From: Tubulanus polymorphus
Lineage: Eukaryota > Animalia > Nemertea
Length of the DNA stretch: 64,000 bases
Direction of reading: 5' to 3'
NCBI RefSeq assembly: GCF_964204645.1
Contig: NC_134027.1
Span: 25,320,560-25,384,559, forward strand
Shown piece after piece: positions 29,067 to 42,464 of this stretch. The translations under genes were made by a program, and so were the position numbers. Position 1 is the stretch's first letter, and every line of letters begins with the position of its first letter. The notes under the pieces are model-generated. The model was not told the DNA's origin. It saw only the letters and a list, made by a program, of their open reading frames with translations, and did not search any database.

Positions 29067-31322
29067 AGATATCTCTGAAGCTGATCTTTCTTATTCATTG
29101 TTTGATATTTGCATTCTGGCATTCGGGAATAACACAGTTCCCGATTGGCTGGTAGGTCTGGACAAACTTACTTCATCCTCAATGTCGATTGGTCGATTTG
29201 GACAAAGCCTGACCAGGCAATCTCTCCTGTGCCAACTACGAGTATACTCGGCAGTGTCAATAGAGGGCAGCACGATATCGCCATGGTGGCAGTGAACATT
29301 CCGCGTCGTGTCCGTGGCTGGGTAGTATCACTTCCAAAACCACAGGTGAACGTTTAAAGAGAACCTTGATCCGGTTCCGTGGCGCTTAAGTTAGACTCGA
29401 GGGTTAAAACATCCGCATTGAACTGATTTCGTTAACTCTTTATAGTCGAACTTAACCGGGTGAACTGTGGAACCGGATTTGTTTTCTTTAAAGAGAACCT
29501 GACCATTTCCTCTCTTCCATATATATATAGATATATTTGAATTTGTGCGTCGTCGTGGCATGTCTGAAGCTACGTATTAACACAGTACCGGGTATTGTCT
29601 CGATTCCTAAAACAAAACGCTCACTTTGCAAACTCGCCATGACAGTTACTGTATTTATATTTCCCGTCATTTAATTGAATTCGTTTACTTTTATTTTTTG
29701 TCGAATAATTTGATTATCTATTTTTTGCGATATTTTTTGCGAGTATCTCTCGAGAAAGAGGGAGAGAACGAACGAGTTTTACTCGTTCAAGGGTCCAATG
29801 AAATCGATCTGAGAAATTAAGAATGAGTATTATGGAGCGAGGAGGCCTAAGTTGCTTACGATAACAGTTAATCACCAATCTCGGGGGCGGATCTTGAAGA
29901 ATTGCGGGCGGGGCACGAAGGAAAGAGGGTATTTCTTAGATAAAGCAGCCAAACATGGTTCCAACCTCAGTGCGAGATATTTTTGAAGGAATACATCTGA
30001 AAATATACAATTTCTCTAGACCCGCCCCTGAATCTATTCATGAATTAAGACAAACTGGCTATTTTTAGACCAGTCTTAACCTGGGATGATAAGAGACTAC
30101 GTTGTTTCGTTGGGGCAAAATGAAAGATATTTTTGTTGATGATTTTATTTTCTATAATTGTGTAAGATCCGATAGTCTTGCATTTTAGATGGTCGTAGTG
30201 CGTAGTACAGCTTGTGCATGTGCTCTTTCATAACTACTAACTCTTTATCAATATTATTGTTATTATTATTATTATGATTATTATTATTATTATTATCATG
30301 ATTATTATTACTATAAATATATATGACTATATATAAATATTTAATTTCATCATTATTATTACTATTATTATTATCGATTAATTTATGCTGTAAAAAAAAT
30401 CTACTAATTTTATTGTTAACGATATAGACGACTATTTTTTGAAAATTATCAATGAAAAAAATGTGTAAAGGTCAATATTAAACGCTTTCGTAGTTTCACA
30501 CGGTTTCGTGTGTATTATAAACAAGTACGTTTCGTCTGAAAATAGAGGGTTTTTTCTTCTTTTTTTTTAAATTTTACGTTTTGAGTTTCGAGTTTGTTTG
30601 AGGGTACAAAATATGGGCGAAATTGTTATCACGGTTTGTTATGCTGTAACTCACATATCAGGGGGAAGAAGTCATCGTACGCAGTCTTTCCATATCACTG
30701 ATGACTACGGCCCATTTTGAGACCATTCTATTTGAGTCATTCTGACTCGATCTACGCACTCGCAAGGCCTTTCTATTTGAGTCCTTATTACTCCATCTAG
30801 GGATTCTTGCGACCTTTCTACTTGAGTAATTCCGACTCCATCTACACTCTCATGAATGCGACCTATTTATTATGAATGCATCTGGAGACTCATGATGTGT
30901 AAGGACTAGTAAAATATTTGGCGAAATACCACCCAATGTTACGATCGCATAAAAATGCGGCCTTAAATCGTGGTATAAAGTTCGGTGCATCGGATTTAAG
31001 CTGATTGCCGTGTAATGGAGGACCTGTGATAATCCAAGACTAGCTGGCAGCCGTATGTGGTCTTTACAGCTAAAACCATTACGTATCAACTTTTGAATAT
31101 AATATCCGGCCCCTGAAAAAGATCGAATAAAATCGCTCAATTCTCGCAAACCGGCTCAGTTTCTGGCCGGTGTTAAAATGCTGCTATTTGAATTGTTTCG
31201 TCGTTTTTCAGTTATTAGGCCTGATTTGATCTATAGATATTTCTCAACTCGAGGATCGCTGTAAATTACTATTACGTTTATACGATAAAAGTATATGAAT
31301 ATATAAATGAATTATATGAGAA

Positions 31323-31364
<42 letters not shown>

Positions 31365-32648
31365 TATATATATGATTGATAGAATATCATGCAAAAATCA
31401 GGACGTTACATAGGCCCCGCCCCCTTTCCATTTAGGTATTAGATTATTCGTTAATCAGTCCGTCTGTCATTCATCTGTAGCCAATCAGGTGTTGAGAAGT
31501 AGTTGTGAGTGGAATTCTATGATTAGTTTATTTCCAATTTATTTCCTTTCTGAATTATTAAGAAAAGGAACGTGTTCTCTGACTATGTGCAGATATCACA
31601 CATCATTTGTGTTAACTTCGAGTTATAATCAGTTCATTTTAAATTTTTCAACGCAAGAGTCTAATTTGATTCAGAACATTGATCCCAGTTCCCGGACGCG
31701 GTAGTTCTATTACGGTTCTAGGTTGAGATTTGACTAGAATTGGTTGAAAATAATAACAGCAGTAACAACTGAAACAGTTGGAAATGAACTAATTTTGACT
31801 TGTACTTAGAGATGAAATTAACTGTGAACTTCGGATGGAAACGGTCCTGTTTTTTGCCTGTAGGTCTCAAGAGAAGTCGTCACTGATTTCCTAATTGGCA
31901 TTGATAAAAGCTACAATTAACTCTTGTCTGTCTATCCCTCGGATATATGTACTCAGCGAGTTCTGTGTGTTATCGCTGATAGAACGAATTACGATGCAAA
32001 TTTCGACTTTGTTTTTATTGTCATATTTGGAAGCGCTGCGAGTTCGAAGAGTGTACAGCGTTTAGAGTCTTCCCGCTGCCTGGCCAGACGACCTCGCAGC
32101 GCTACCAAACGGTCAAACCCGCTTAATCCGGATCGGTTAAATCCTAATCTCGATCCTAAGCCGATATTATTTGTATGTATGATATATTTGTTTAAACCGG
32201 ATGAATTCATCCGAATTAAACGGGTTCGACTCAACTTTGTTAAACGTTATTCGAAAATGTGAGAATATCGTCGAAATGCGAGATATTTGGGTCCGTATTG
32301 CGTCTGCGAATCTCAGGACGTCCTTCATTACGCGTTTTTGAGCGACATATCGATGCCCCTCCCTCGCAGACAGTTACTGCTCAGATCGAAGCCTATCTCG
32401 ACCTCCAGTGAACGTACATATCCTATTTCTTCTGCGCAGCCGTGTTTTTCTCGAGACAGAATTCGAAAACGCGAAACTCGACCTATTTGAATCAACGATG
32501 CTTTGTTGTGTTGATGATAATGATGATGTTTTGCAAGCAATGCGTGTAACGTTTCTGTATAGGTACCAGAATGAAAGAGTCCAATAAGACGATGGTTTTG
32601 TACAGGCTTCGATGATTAATTTTATTATTATCATTGGTATTATTATTA

Positions 32649-32679
<31 letters not shown>

Positions 32680-33027
32680 CATTGATACGAAGTACAACCA
32701 TATTGATTATGATGATGCGAAGGTCGAGAAGAAAACTTGTATTTTTTTTTGTTTCTTTTTTTGTATGTGTAGATTGTACATAGAAAGCAAACGAATACAC
32801 GATTGATTATTAAAATGAATAAATGCTTGCCGAATATTATCATTGTGTAACTTTTGCAAGTATAGTATGATAATATAACTCGATTGATTACTGAATAAAT
32901 GAATGAAAAATAAAAACGGGAATATGGACGACATGTATATGTAAAGTATATAGAGATTTGTTGGCAATTTCTGTTGCCTCTCGCTCCACTATTGTGTACT
33001 AGTTGAATAGGCTCCCGAGTTAAAATA

Positions 33028-33192
33028 CAGGGCTAGGTTTCATGGATGCGGAAGAAAGATAGTCCCTGGGAACATTTTGAAATTTGTCAGTTACAACCAT
33101 GGTTTCTCATTGTTACTATGGCGGTTGTCGCCCAAATTGAGGATTTACCCCTAGGGATAACTTCGATACCCAGTCTATGAAACCGGGCCCTG
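33028..33192. mobile_element. MITE, copy 1 (copy 2 at 52236-52395)
   Basis: TIRs CAGGGCTAGGTTTCATGGA / TCTATGAAACCGGGCCCTG; interior GAAGAAAGATAGTCCCTGGGAACATTTTGAAATTTGTCAGTTACAACCATGG nearly identical in both copies. Confidence 0.8.
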
Positions 33193-36100
33193 GTGTCTTC
33201 GAATGCGAGAGCCAGTTCTACGGGTGGACACGGCGTGTCTAAAGCTTCGATGAGAGACCGTTAAGCTCGTTTTAGTTCGGTAGTTTAAAATCAGTGTTAA
33301 CTCCGGTGGTAAGAACGTGAGGCTATTTTGTGACTTAATCTTAAAACCGGTATTTCGTCGTTCCGTTTGCCCTTCTGAATCGAAATTGAGCTTGGTTGAG
33401 ATTTAAGTCGGATTGGTCGTGGCTGTTTTTGGACTTAGGTCTGACCGAGCCTTGAAAAATAAGGGAAAAGGAGGACCTATAGCCCCCCGAGGAACTGGCT
33501 CTTGTTAGTAGTTAGACCGTGATGTCTTTTAACTTGTATTTTCCTGGTCGCGAATTGTTGGAATCGAAAAACCTAATCTGTCTATTGTTTCTCACAGAAT
33601 GTACTAAACGATAGGCGCACGACATGTATGCATCAGCTGATTATTGAATTAATACCTAACAATGTAGTGTATCATTCCGGTTTTAACAAACATGTTAGAG
33701 GCATTTGTTGTTTAGCAGATATATTTGAACACAGTTTTATTCCGTGTTTAGGCTATGATTGGACTGCGGGATTGCTGGACTGCGTGTACATCTATCGATC
33801 TTCGACAAATTCCCCGAGTAGAAATTTTATCGTCTTCGGCAAATAGCGTGTCACTGAGGCAGGTTTCGATTGAACGTACCTCCGATTCCGGATTACAAAC
33901 TCTCTACCGGCCGCTTCTATCAGGTTTACAGATTATGCTACTCCCGAATAAGCAGAGAGTATTCTGGTTGAAACAAACGTACCAGAAGAGAATTCCAGAA
34001 TCGGTAGAGACCAATCAAAACCTGTCTAAGGCCAGCATGACCAAGTTCCAATTTAACTTTTGGATCTATTTCCACAGTTGTGTGGGTTTAATTCGACTCT
34101 GGACCCATCACCACAGTTTTGTGGGTTTTATTTTGCTATGGACCTAGTTCCACAGTTGCAATCCCAGAACAAGTTCCACACAGTTATGGCAGAAAAAATT
34201 CGAAAATTTATTTATCATTGATCTAGAGCCATCAACTGCGGAACTTTTCACAAATCTTAGTTTAGTTATGAGACCGTTAATAAATTTTTAACAGCTTGAA
34301 GATATATATTCAGTTCTAATCTACCGGGTTCGTGCGCACTCTTTCATATCCTGCACTTTGGTCGAAATTCTATTTTCCGTTAAAGACAAATATTGTCGAA
34401 TCAGTAGCATACACGTAGATAAATACAATGCGTAGATATATAAAACTGTGTCAGTTTTTCATGTCAGACGATATTTTAAAATTGAAGAAAATCCCGCGAA
34501 AAATAAAGTGGGGAAATAATGAGAAAAGTACTCGTATATTTATATCCAGTAGTAGGCTGTGCTGTCTTGTCTAAATAAAAATGAATCTGCACACGATTTA
34601 AAAGTTGACTGATCTAAAAAAAAAGCAAGTCGACGACGGTCGACCTGGTGAAGACGGTCGACCGGTCACCTCTAGGTGTGTTTCTTTTAAATGCTTCTGT
34701 GATTTTTCTTTGAATACATTATATGTCCATGTTGGTAAATTAAAACAATTTCTTATCAAAGGCAAAATGTTTTTTTCTCTTGTTTATTTGTGTTGTGGAA
34801 TGTTTCTGTTTTACAAGAAGACATTGGAATAGTTCTACAGTGCTGGCATCTATGAGGAATGTCAGTAAATTAATGGGAGTTTTAAGTTATGCAGTAAGTT
34901 AGATGGCAGCAGTGGTTTGAAGGGAGCATTCCTTATTCCAGTCGGTAGAGATTTAAAGCGGCAGTACCCTCGCTCACAAAAGTGCTGCAAGTCATCGTGT
35001 CTGCCGAGAGTGCAGCATCTGTCAAACTCTGGGTTTAGGGGCTCGTCACGGTAGCTGGGGAGAAGGGGGTCCAAAATCAAAGATTTGACCCAGTATCCTA
35101 GGTGCCACCTATAGAAATAGCATATGACACGATTCCAAAACAGATACATGTACATTTTAAAACATAACAAAATGTTTACACTACACTGACCACGGACACT
35201 ATCGGAGAGATTTAAGTCCTATTTTGATATATTTAACTATTCATTAAAGTCATATTCTGAAGTTCTAGTTGGCGGGTAACGAATTCACGAAATTTGTTAA
35301 TGTAGGCGAAGATAGTTTGATAACTTATGCAATTAGTTTGACGAAATTGATGAGTTACGAAATCGTATTCTTGCGAGTTCTTGAGGCACAAGGGAGCATC
35401 TAATACGATTTAAACGAAGGGTGAGGGTCCGGCCCCGCTGTGATGGGGCTCAATTCCAAAAGTACGTCAAAATCAGTAGACTTGCGTGCAGGGACTTTAC
35501 TGCGAAATCAATTCTTCGTCAATTCGCCAAACAGATTTCGCACTGAATAGAAGTTAATGCACGCCTTACACTGCTGGGCCAGTATCGGTCCAGAAGACAC
35601 GATGCAGGAGAGCCTGGGCTCTCTTAGCGTGAAAATGTCGCATCAGTTCTTTTAAGAATTCACTCCCAGGTGTAGGATTTGCCCTGCTTGGAAGTTCGTT
35701 CTAATGCCTTGGTCTGTATATCTAAAAACATTATTCATTTTAGTTAGCAAGAATGATATCACGGTATGCCTTTTTATTTATATAAAGATCGTTCAACAAA
35801 TTGCAACAGTTTTATACTTTTCAGTACTTGTTCCAAAAATGCAGCTCCCACAGATGGTGGTGTCCATTCTGGCCCGTCAAGTGCTGCCCCTATATATGAC
35901 ATTAGCGGTAAACGCTGGAACTAGAATAATCTTACTGTGGCATGCGAGTAATAAGTTAGTTCACATATTCACCGTCAACGTTATGTTTAGAGGCAGCACC
36001 TGACGGTTAAAACTTTTTATACATGTCCCTAATTCCACAGAACTAGTTTGCTTAGTTCTATGCAGACTCTTTAAGGCAGAGGGGGATGTCAGTGACCAAT

Positions 36101-36550
36101 CAATATCCAAAAATTCCTTCCATACTAGATAAACTCAAAACAATCTTCAACCTTCAAGTTGTTTTCATTGAATATCATGTATTTCTTTATTTACAATGTA
36201 CAATTACGAAACAAGATGTACAGTATATTAATCAATAACATCAGAAGATACAATAGACTCTTCTCTTCCCTGATGTTCAATTCCTCCTTTTTTGATCGTA
36301 TTCAGAAATTCAAACGAGACATTTTTCAATTGAAAATGAACTACAAACACCAGACGTCAGATATTTATCAGCACACTTTCAAATCTCAAACTTCAATCTC
36401 TAATATGCTAAATGTCTAAGAGGTGTTTAGGGCTGCGAATTGACAGACTTCTGCAGAACTGACAAAACACAAAAACCAGAAATTGTCACGGTGACTTGCT
36501 GAGTCTACTGTATCATTTTACAAATTAAGTAATATTTCCAATAATAAATG

Positions 36551-39310
36551 CTAATGCCAAACGACCTGACTCGGATGATTGACACTTCCTAGTTTATAAT
36601 AACGCGCGTTCGACTGAGGGTCGTTTGATGATATTTCGTATGTTCTGGATTGATGATCTCCTTCAGACTGACCGACTGAACCATCACCTTTCAATACCGA
36701 GATACATTTCCAGTTATCCAAATAGTTTGCTGTAAATAGAGAATAAATATATCAACATTTATTGCGCCAATGATTATTATATAAATTACCTATCATAAAC
36801 TATACATTTCAATATGTATTCTATATCTTGTATATTGATAATACAATGGAAATTGAAGTTCAATGATTGATTGAACACTTCTCCAAATTTCCCTGCCACT
36901 GCCTCTGGTTCCTCAGTTACAGAGTGGTTTCTTTGTCTAACCACCAAAGTTTGGGTTTATAAGAAACATCAAACCTGCTTGTCTCAAACGGTGCTCAGTA
37001 TGGGTTATGAGAAATGTCTTACCTTTCCAAAGTCTTACGCAGCCATCGTCACCGGAAGAAGCCAAGATTGTTCCAGTTATGTTCCATCCAATTCTCCATA
37101 CCTAAATAGACCGGAATATCATCACACCGGTCCACACAAAGAAATAACGTTTTTCTTTCGTTCATTACCTGTGAGTTGTGTTCTTCAAATTGAGCTGCTT
37201 GCCGGATTTCAAATTTTGTTCCCGAGGCCTGGTTGGATGTTGTTTCTTTTCTGGAAAAAAGAAAGATTCAAACTTATAATAACAATGATAAATTCATTTT
37301 CGATACACAGCACTATTTTCTACAACTTACCGATTAGGTTTCAATATCAGAACGCGTATATCCTTCGAGGCTATTGCCAACATGTGATACGACCGTCCGA
37401 GATTCGGAGCAAATTCAACATCGCTGACAGGATCGGTCACCGATAAAATACTCTCGACCTTGTTCCACTTTCTGGAAAATGCGATCAAGAAAATTAATGA
37501 GCTTATTTCCGATGAACCGGGTTTGAAAAGGGTCGGTCAGATCGACGGATACCTCGAAGTGTCGTTATATTCGTAAACCTGAACTTTACCACCGGCGTTA
37601 GCGTTAGCATCGTTACTACCTACGGCTAACAGTGGAGAATGAACCCTGAAATATACAATTCATTTACACTGAGAAAACACCTCGTTTCACACCATCATCG
37701 ATACTATCTCACAATTCAGTTTCATCAGTGTTCTACACAATGGGTTTTTAGGTGGCGGCCACCCGTCATTTTTACATCCACTCCTCTGAAAATCAATTAC
37801 CCCTGTTATGTTAAAAAGTCTGCTGCCCCCTACGAAGTTGATGTCACTTGACAATTGCTTTGCTAAGAAGTGAGCTTTAACTTTGCTTGCCATTTTATGG
37901 ACAGACCTAAAGCACATAACCGCAAGACCTCTATTGTATAACACAGAAATTAGAATTAAGTTACCGTGAATGATTCCATGAAAGACAACTGCAGCTGAGT
38001 TTGTTAATGATTTCATGCTGTAACGTCCAAGAACTTAAATTCATCACATCCGGTGCTTCGTAGATTCTTACTACACCATCAGCTGAACATGTGGCCTGTT
38101 ATAGAAATGTTTGGTTTTAGTCATTAAGTTAGTTAGGTCTAAAATCGACTCATATATCGTCAGACTAAAAATTTCCAATTTCAGAATCAAAGCCTCCGAT
38201 GCTGGACTGAATTTGTAAGGAATACACAAAAAAAGAGCATGACATCAAACCATCAAATATATCAGACGGACAATTCCCTTTGACAAGATCAGAGATACTT
38301 GACTACTTAGAACTTGACTACTAAGATCTTGACTACTCGCAACTGAAACTAGATTCTTACCAACTGTAAACCGAGGTGTTTAGGTGCAAACTTGACATCA
38401 GTAACAGAAGTCCGACTGTCGACTAGACTGTTACGTTTCACCCAATGACTGCGACCCCCATCAATTGACGGCTCACCAACTGAAATCATAACGGAACCAA
38501 TAAATGGGCACTCTTAAATAATGGATGGAAACTGTTCGATTTTAAGCGTGATCTCAACAAATATCCTGACTTCGACTTATTCCTGATTGAGGGTATTATC
38601 GAACTATCATAAGACCCACCTGAAAACTGAAAGAGACATTACCTAATTCTTCCCAGACAGCTGCTGTACGATCAAACGAACAAGTAGCGATCACCTGACC
38701 AAATTCAGGATGCGCCCACGTCACTTTCCACACAGAACCGCTGTGAGTCTGTGCAAAATAAAGAAAAATAGGATAAAAAATCATTCGTGAAAATTATTAG
38801 TTACGTTGGCTTCCGGTTAATCGATACCTTCCAGTAAGCTGTACAATGCCATTCGCCATCTTCACCTAAATCCCATATCTGAAATAATCAATACAGAATA
38901 TAAGTCGTATAAGGGGATGAAAATTGATCTGAGCGCTACACACGGCCTCATCCGCAGCGAAGCAGTTTAGCGTGTCCCCGACCCTAAATGGTTATGTACC
39001 TTCACCTAACCGTAACTATTAACTTTTAATAACACCAGCGCCACACAGTGGACAGTCGACCCAAACTGCAGTAAGACCCCTCATCCTTCCTTAGATGATG
39101 ATAGGCAATTTTAGAACATTATTATTTGATTACAATCATAAATCAATTAAATTTTATTGAGAGAGATAATTAATTATTTTGATTGCTGCGCAAACTAACT
39201 TTAACGCTCTGATCGCTGGAACACGTAGCCATACGCCTGCCGTGATAATCAAACGATACATCGTGTATTAGATCTTTATGTTCCACTGGAATGCTCTTAG
39301 CTACAAACAT
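36551..39310 (-). CDS. SEH1L: Nucleoporin SEH1 (WD40; Nup107-160 and GATOR2 subunit), 363 aa, 10 exons
   Basis: Exons 39310-39200, 38878-38828, 38748-38643, 38479-38361, 38095-37965, 37645-37553, 37471-37331, 37250-37169, 37101-37023, 36729-36551 (1092 nt). [86 protein letters not shown]. Confidence 0.96.
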
Positions 39311-39749
39311 CGCGGCAGAACCAGCACGGGGGAACCCGGAAATTCAAAGAAAGATGGGGAATTCCCGATTTGCGTAAATCGCGGATTCGGCATATACATC
39401 ATCGCCGATTCGCAATTGCTCAAACGATGCTTTCGTAGAAATAAACACTTTTTTAGATGTCTTTTTTGTTTCATCTCTTTGCTTTTTGTATACATATTTG
39501 TTTGATTTCCATGAAATAAATTTGAAATCATAAGCGGACGCACCGGAGTTTTGCATAAATCGCGGATCGCGGAATCAGAGGTGGACTCTCCGACCTGTAG
39601 ACGGTGCTTCGGTAGATTGATAGAGATTTTAAAAAATTTGTTTTTGTGCGTAAGCCTTTCATATTGTGAAATACCGTACGATGAATACCGCAATAACAGT
39701 GAGTTTAACTGGAGCAAGATGAATCAGCAGTGAATTTAATGAAGAAAAG
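39311..39749. promoter_or_regulatory. Probable bidirectional promoter plus non-coding first exon of the NEURL2-like gene
   Basis: SEH1 ATG (-) at 39310; strong plus-strand donor AAG|GTAAGA at 39749; matching acceptor T-tract-CAG at 42449, 15 nt before the NEURL2 ATG; CpG-rich interval. Confidence 0.5.
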
Positions 39750-42464
39750 GTAAGACACAAGATTTTAATTTATTTCATCATCATTTTCGGGATTCAGAAA
39801 GAGTTCGTCCGATAGATCAGAACTCTAATGTCTGTGACAGTCTGTGTGATGCTGCTACTTTTTAACGCTGCTACTCTTCTTGCTACTTGCTGAAAAGTGA
39901 CTGCTGTTTACTTAGTCACCTTAGTGTTTAGTACTTTTAATAGATAGGTATTTCCATGGGCCCTTCGTCCACTGGCAGGGCACTGGCACTAAAATCATAC
40001 CCCCCTAATTCTTAACTAATGCAGCGGATGGAAAAGGTGACCTTCTAGAATACGACGTACCGGCGACAAAATGGGTACCGGTACTGTGAAGGGCATTCTT
40101 TTTAGATTTTCTTTAAGGCTGGGACATTATTGACAATGTCACAGGTGCCCTCTCGCTGTAGTTGGGTCTAAACCTGTTTGAGGTTTTCGCGATTCGAAGC
40201 TTTTACCTTAAAACCGACGATTGCTCATTAAGAACGACCATTGTCCCTCTGACTCGCCCCGAATTCAACTGCCTCATTCATTTGAAAGAAATTGATTGAT
40301 CCCGGCGCAATTCATACATTTTATCGTGGCTGGTGCCATCATAAGATAACATAAGATAAGATTGCGAAAGTACGGACAGTCAAGGACATCTAGCCAGGAT
40401 TTTAAAAGTTGTAGGTATGAAAACTTGAAATTGATGGTAATTCAATGCAGTACAGAATCAACAGAGTTTAGTTTTAATAATCTCAACCCTGTTTAGAGTC
40501 TTAGACTCATCTAGTAAGTTTAGATTTGAATTAAAAGTATTTTGAAAATCATAACTTTGCCAAAAAACTGTAGGCAGGCCTAGGCCCACAGTGTAACATA
40601 ACTAGCTAGCTACACCCCAGGACCCAGGTGAGTGTGAGTTGTGAGTGAGTTAAATCTTAACTCGGAACTGCCGAACTGGACCCTGAATATGAAATAGGGG
40701 CCTACAGGACAAGGACAATACAGATACAAGCTGTGTAGGCCTACTTTTTGTATTGTCCTCGTCCTGTATTTCATTTTCATTTCAATATCGTCATTCTTTA
40801 TTTAGCCCAACGCTTTTCAGTGTTTTCTAATTTTCTCAAAATAAAAACCAATCGACATTATTCGTGCTATTTATATGAAAACTGACCTCGAAATGAGTTT
40901 TATTTCTTAGTATTAAATCTGCATTCTGGAAATAGCTTTTTGTTCGTCGTGGATCGTCAAATACAGATTCTAGGCCTAAACTCTTTTATTCAGTAATACG
41001 ACGAAAATCCCAATTGCCCATTCATAAAATCGACTATCTATTGATATAATCAATAAAAGCCATTAGCCCGTAAATCCTCGAACTTCCTGGAAAAGTTCTT
41101 GTGAAATCATTAATTAGATAGCATGCGTGTCCTATTTTTTTTTTCTTTGTTAATATACGTCCATTGGACTCATTGAATCATTTTTGGACTTTGATTTAAA
41201 AATCTACTAAAACAGCGGTTAATCGGATACGACCAGTTCAGTGTTCGAGTCTATAAAAGTAGTTTGTAATTTAGCCGATCTTGGTTTTCGCTCTAAAGGA
41301 CTTGTACTACTTGCAGGTTAGTTATTCTTACCATCGTAAGTGACCTAATCGTTGGTGTTAAAGCTTTGATTTTTCATTTTTATTTGTGTCAACTTAAACA
41401 CAGTTTTACTTGTTCAGGCAGGCCCATAGCCAGCCATGTCTGGGGGGTTCAATTACCGCTATCACGAAAGTGGTGCTTTCTATAGAATCCCCATGCGAAT
41501 GTCAGGTGCTGAAAAGTTTTAGAAATTAGATAAAAGAGGAGCAATTACACAACTAATAGTATATTTGGGGTCTGAAATTGTTCTTCATACAATTTCGCCT
41601 AAAAATCAAGTAAGTTTGGAAGCATGCGCATATTTTGAAGGAAAACAAATTTAAAAAGTGTTACCACTGAGTGAATCTTTTGAAATTTTTTTTTTCAACC
41701 GGGACAACTGTTCAAACTGGTGCCTAGTGGGTCCATGCCTGTTTGACTCAAGCCAGATTTGTCCAAACTAAAAACGTTGGACCAGGCCCAGTCGAAGGCC
41801 TAGTTCAAGCCAGTTTGGTGCAGTATTATCTTTGTGTGATTGTGGATTTTCCTACCTGTTTTAAAATTGGAAATTTGGCAAAATATGTACTTAATAAGCT
41901 TTCCCTTCTCTGTCCTTTTTCCATTAGCAGAAATATCTCAATCTGGAGATATAGGGTCCATAGTCATTTAACAAATCCTGTTCAGTTGGGTTCACATTCA
42001 ATTGTACTTAAACCATAAATCTTTCCGTATCGCGAAGTGTAAACAACATTATTATGAATATCAGTGAATAACGATTTTGCGATGAGATATTTATTCAGTT
42101 TTTGTCCCGAAAAACAGCTACCAGTTCACGTTATTGTTATTCAAACGTGTTCGTAAACACGGATATTGTGTCAACTTTAGATCCTGATTTTATATCGGTT
42201 TAGTAAATCAGATGCACTGTATTCAAAGTAGGAAAACAAAGTTCGAAGTGAAAACACTCATTTCGGATCGCATAACGAACAGGATTACATGTTTTGTTGA
42301 AGTATGTTGAACCGAGGGGGGGGGGAGTTTTTGATGGACATTTTTTTTTGCAACTGTGGAACTGGACCCTGAAGTTTAGCCGTTGAGATGAACCCCAACT
42401 GGTCTTTAAATTTTAAATTCAAATTTTCTCTCCGATTTTTTTTTTTCAGTCTCGAATCGAGAAA

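Noticed and set aside
36871-37446. 191-aa plus-strand ORF
   Set aside because: Lies antisense across SEH1 exons 7-9 and their introns; no recognisable domain.
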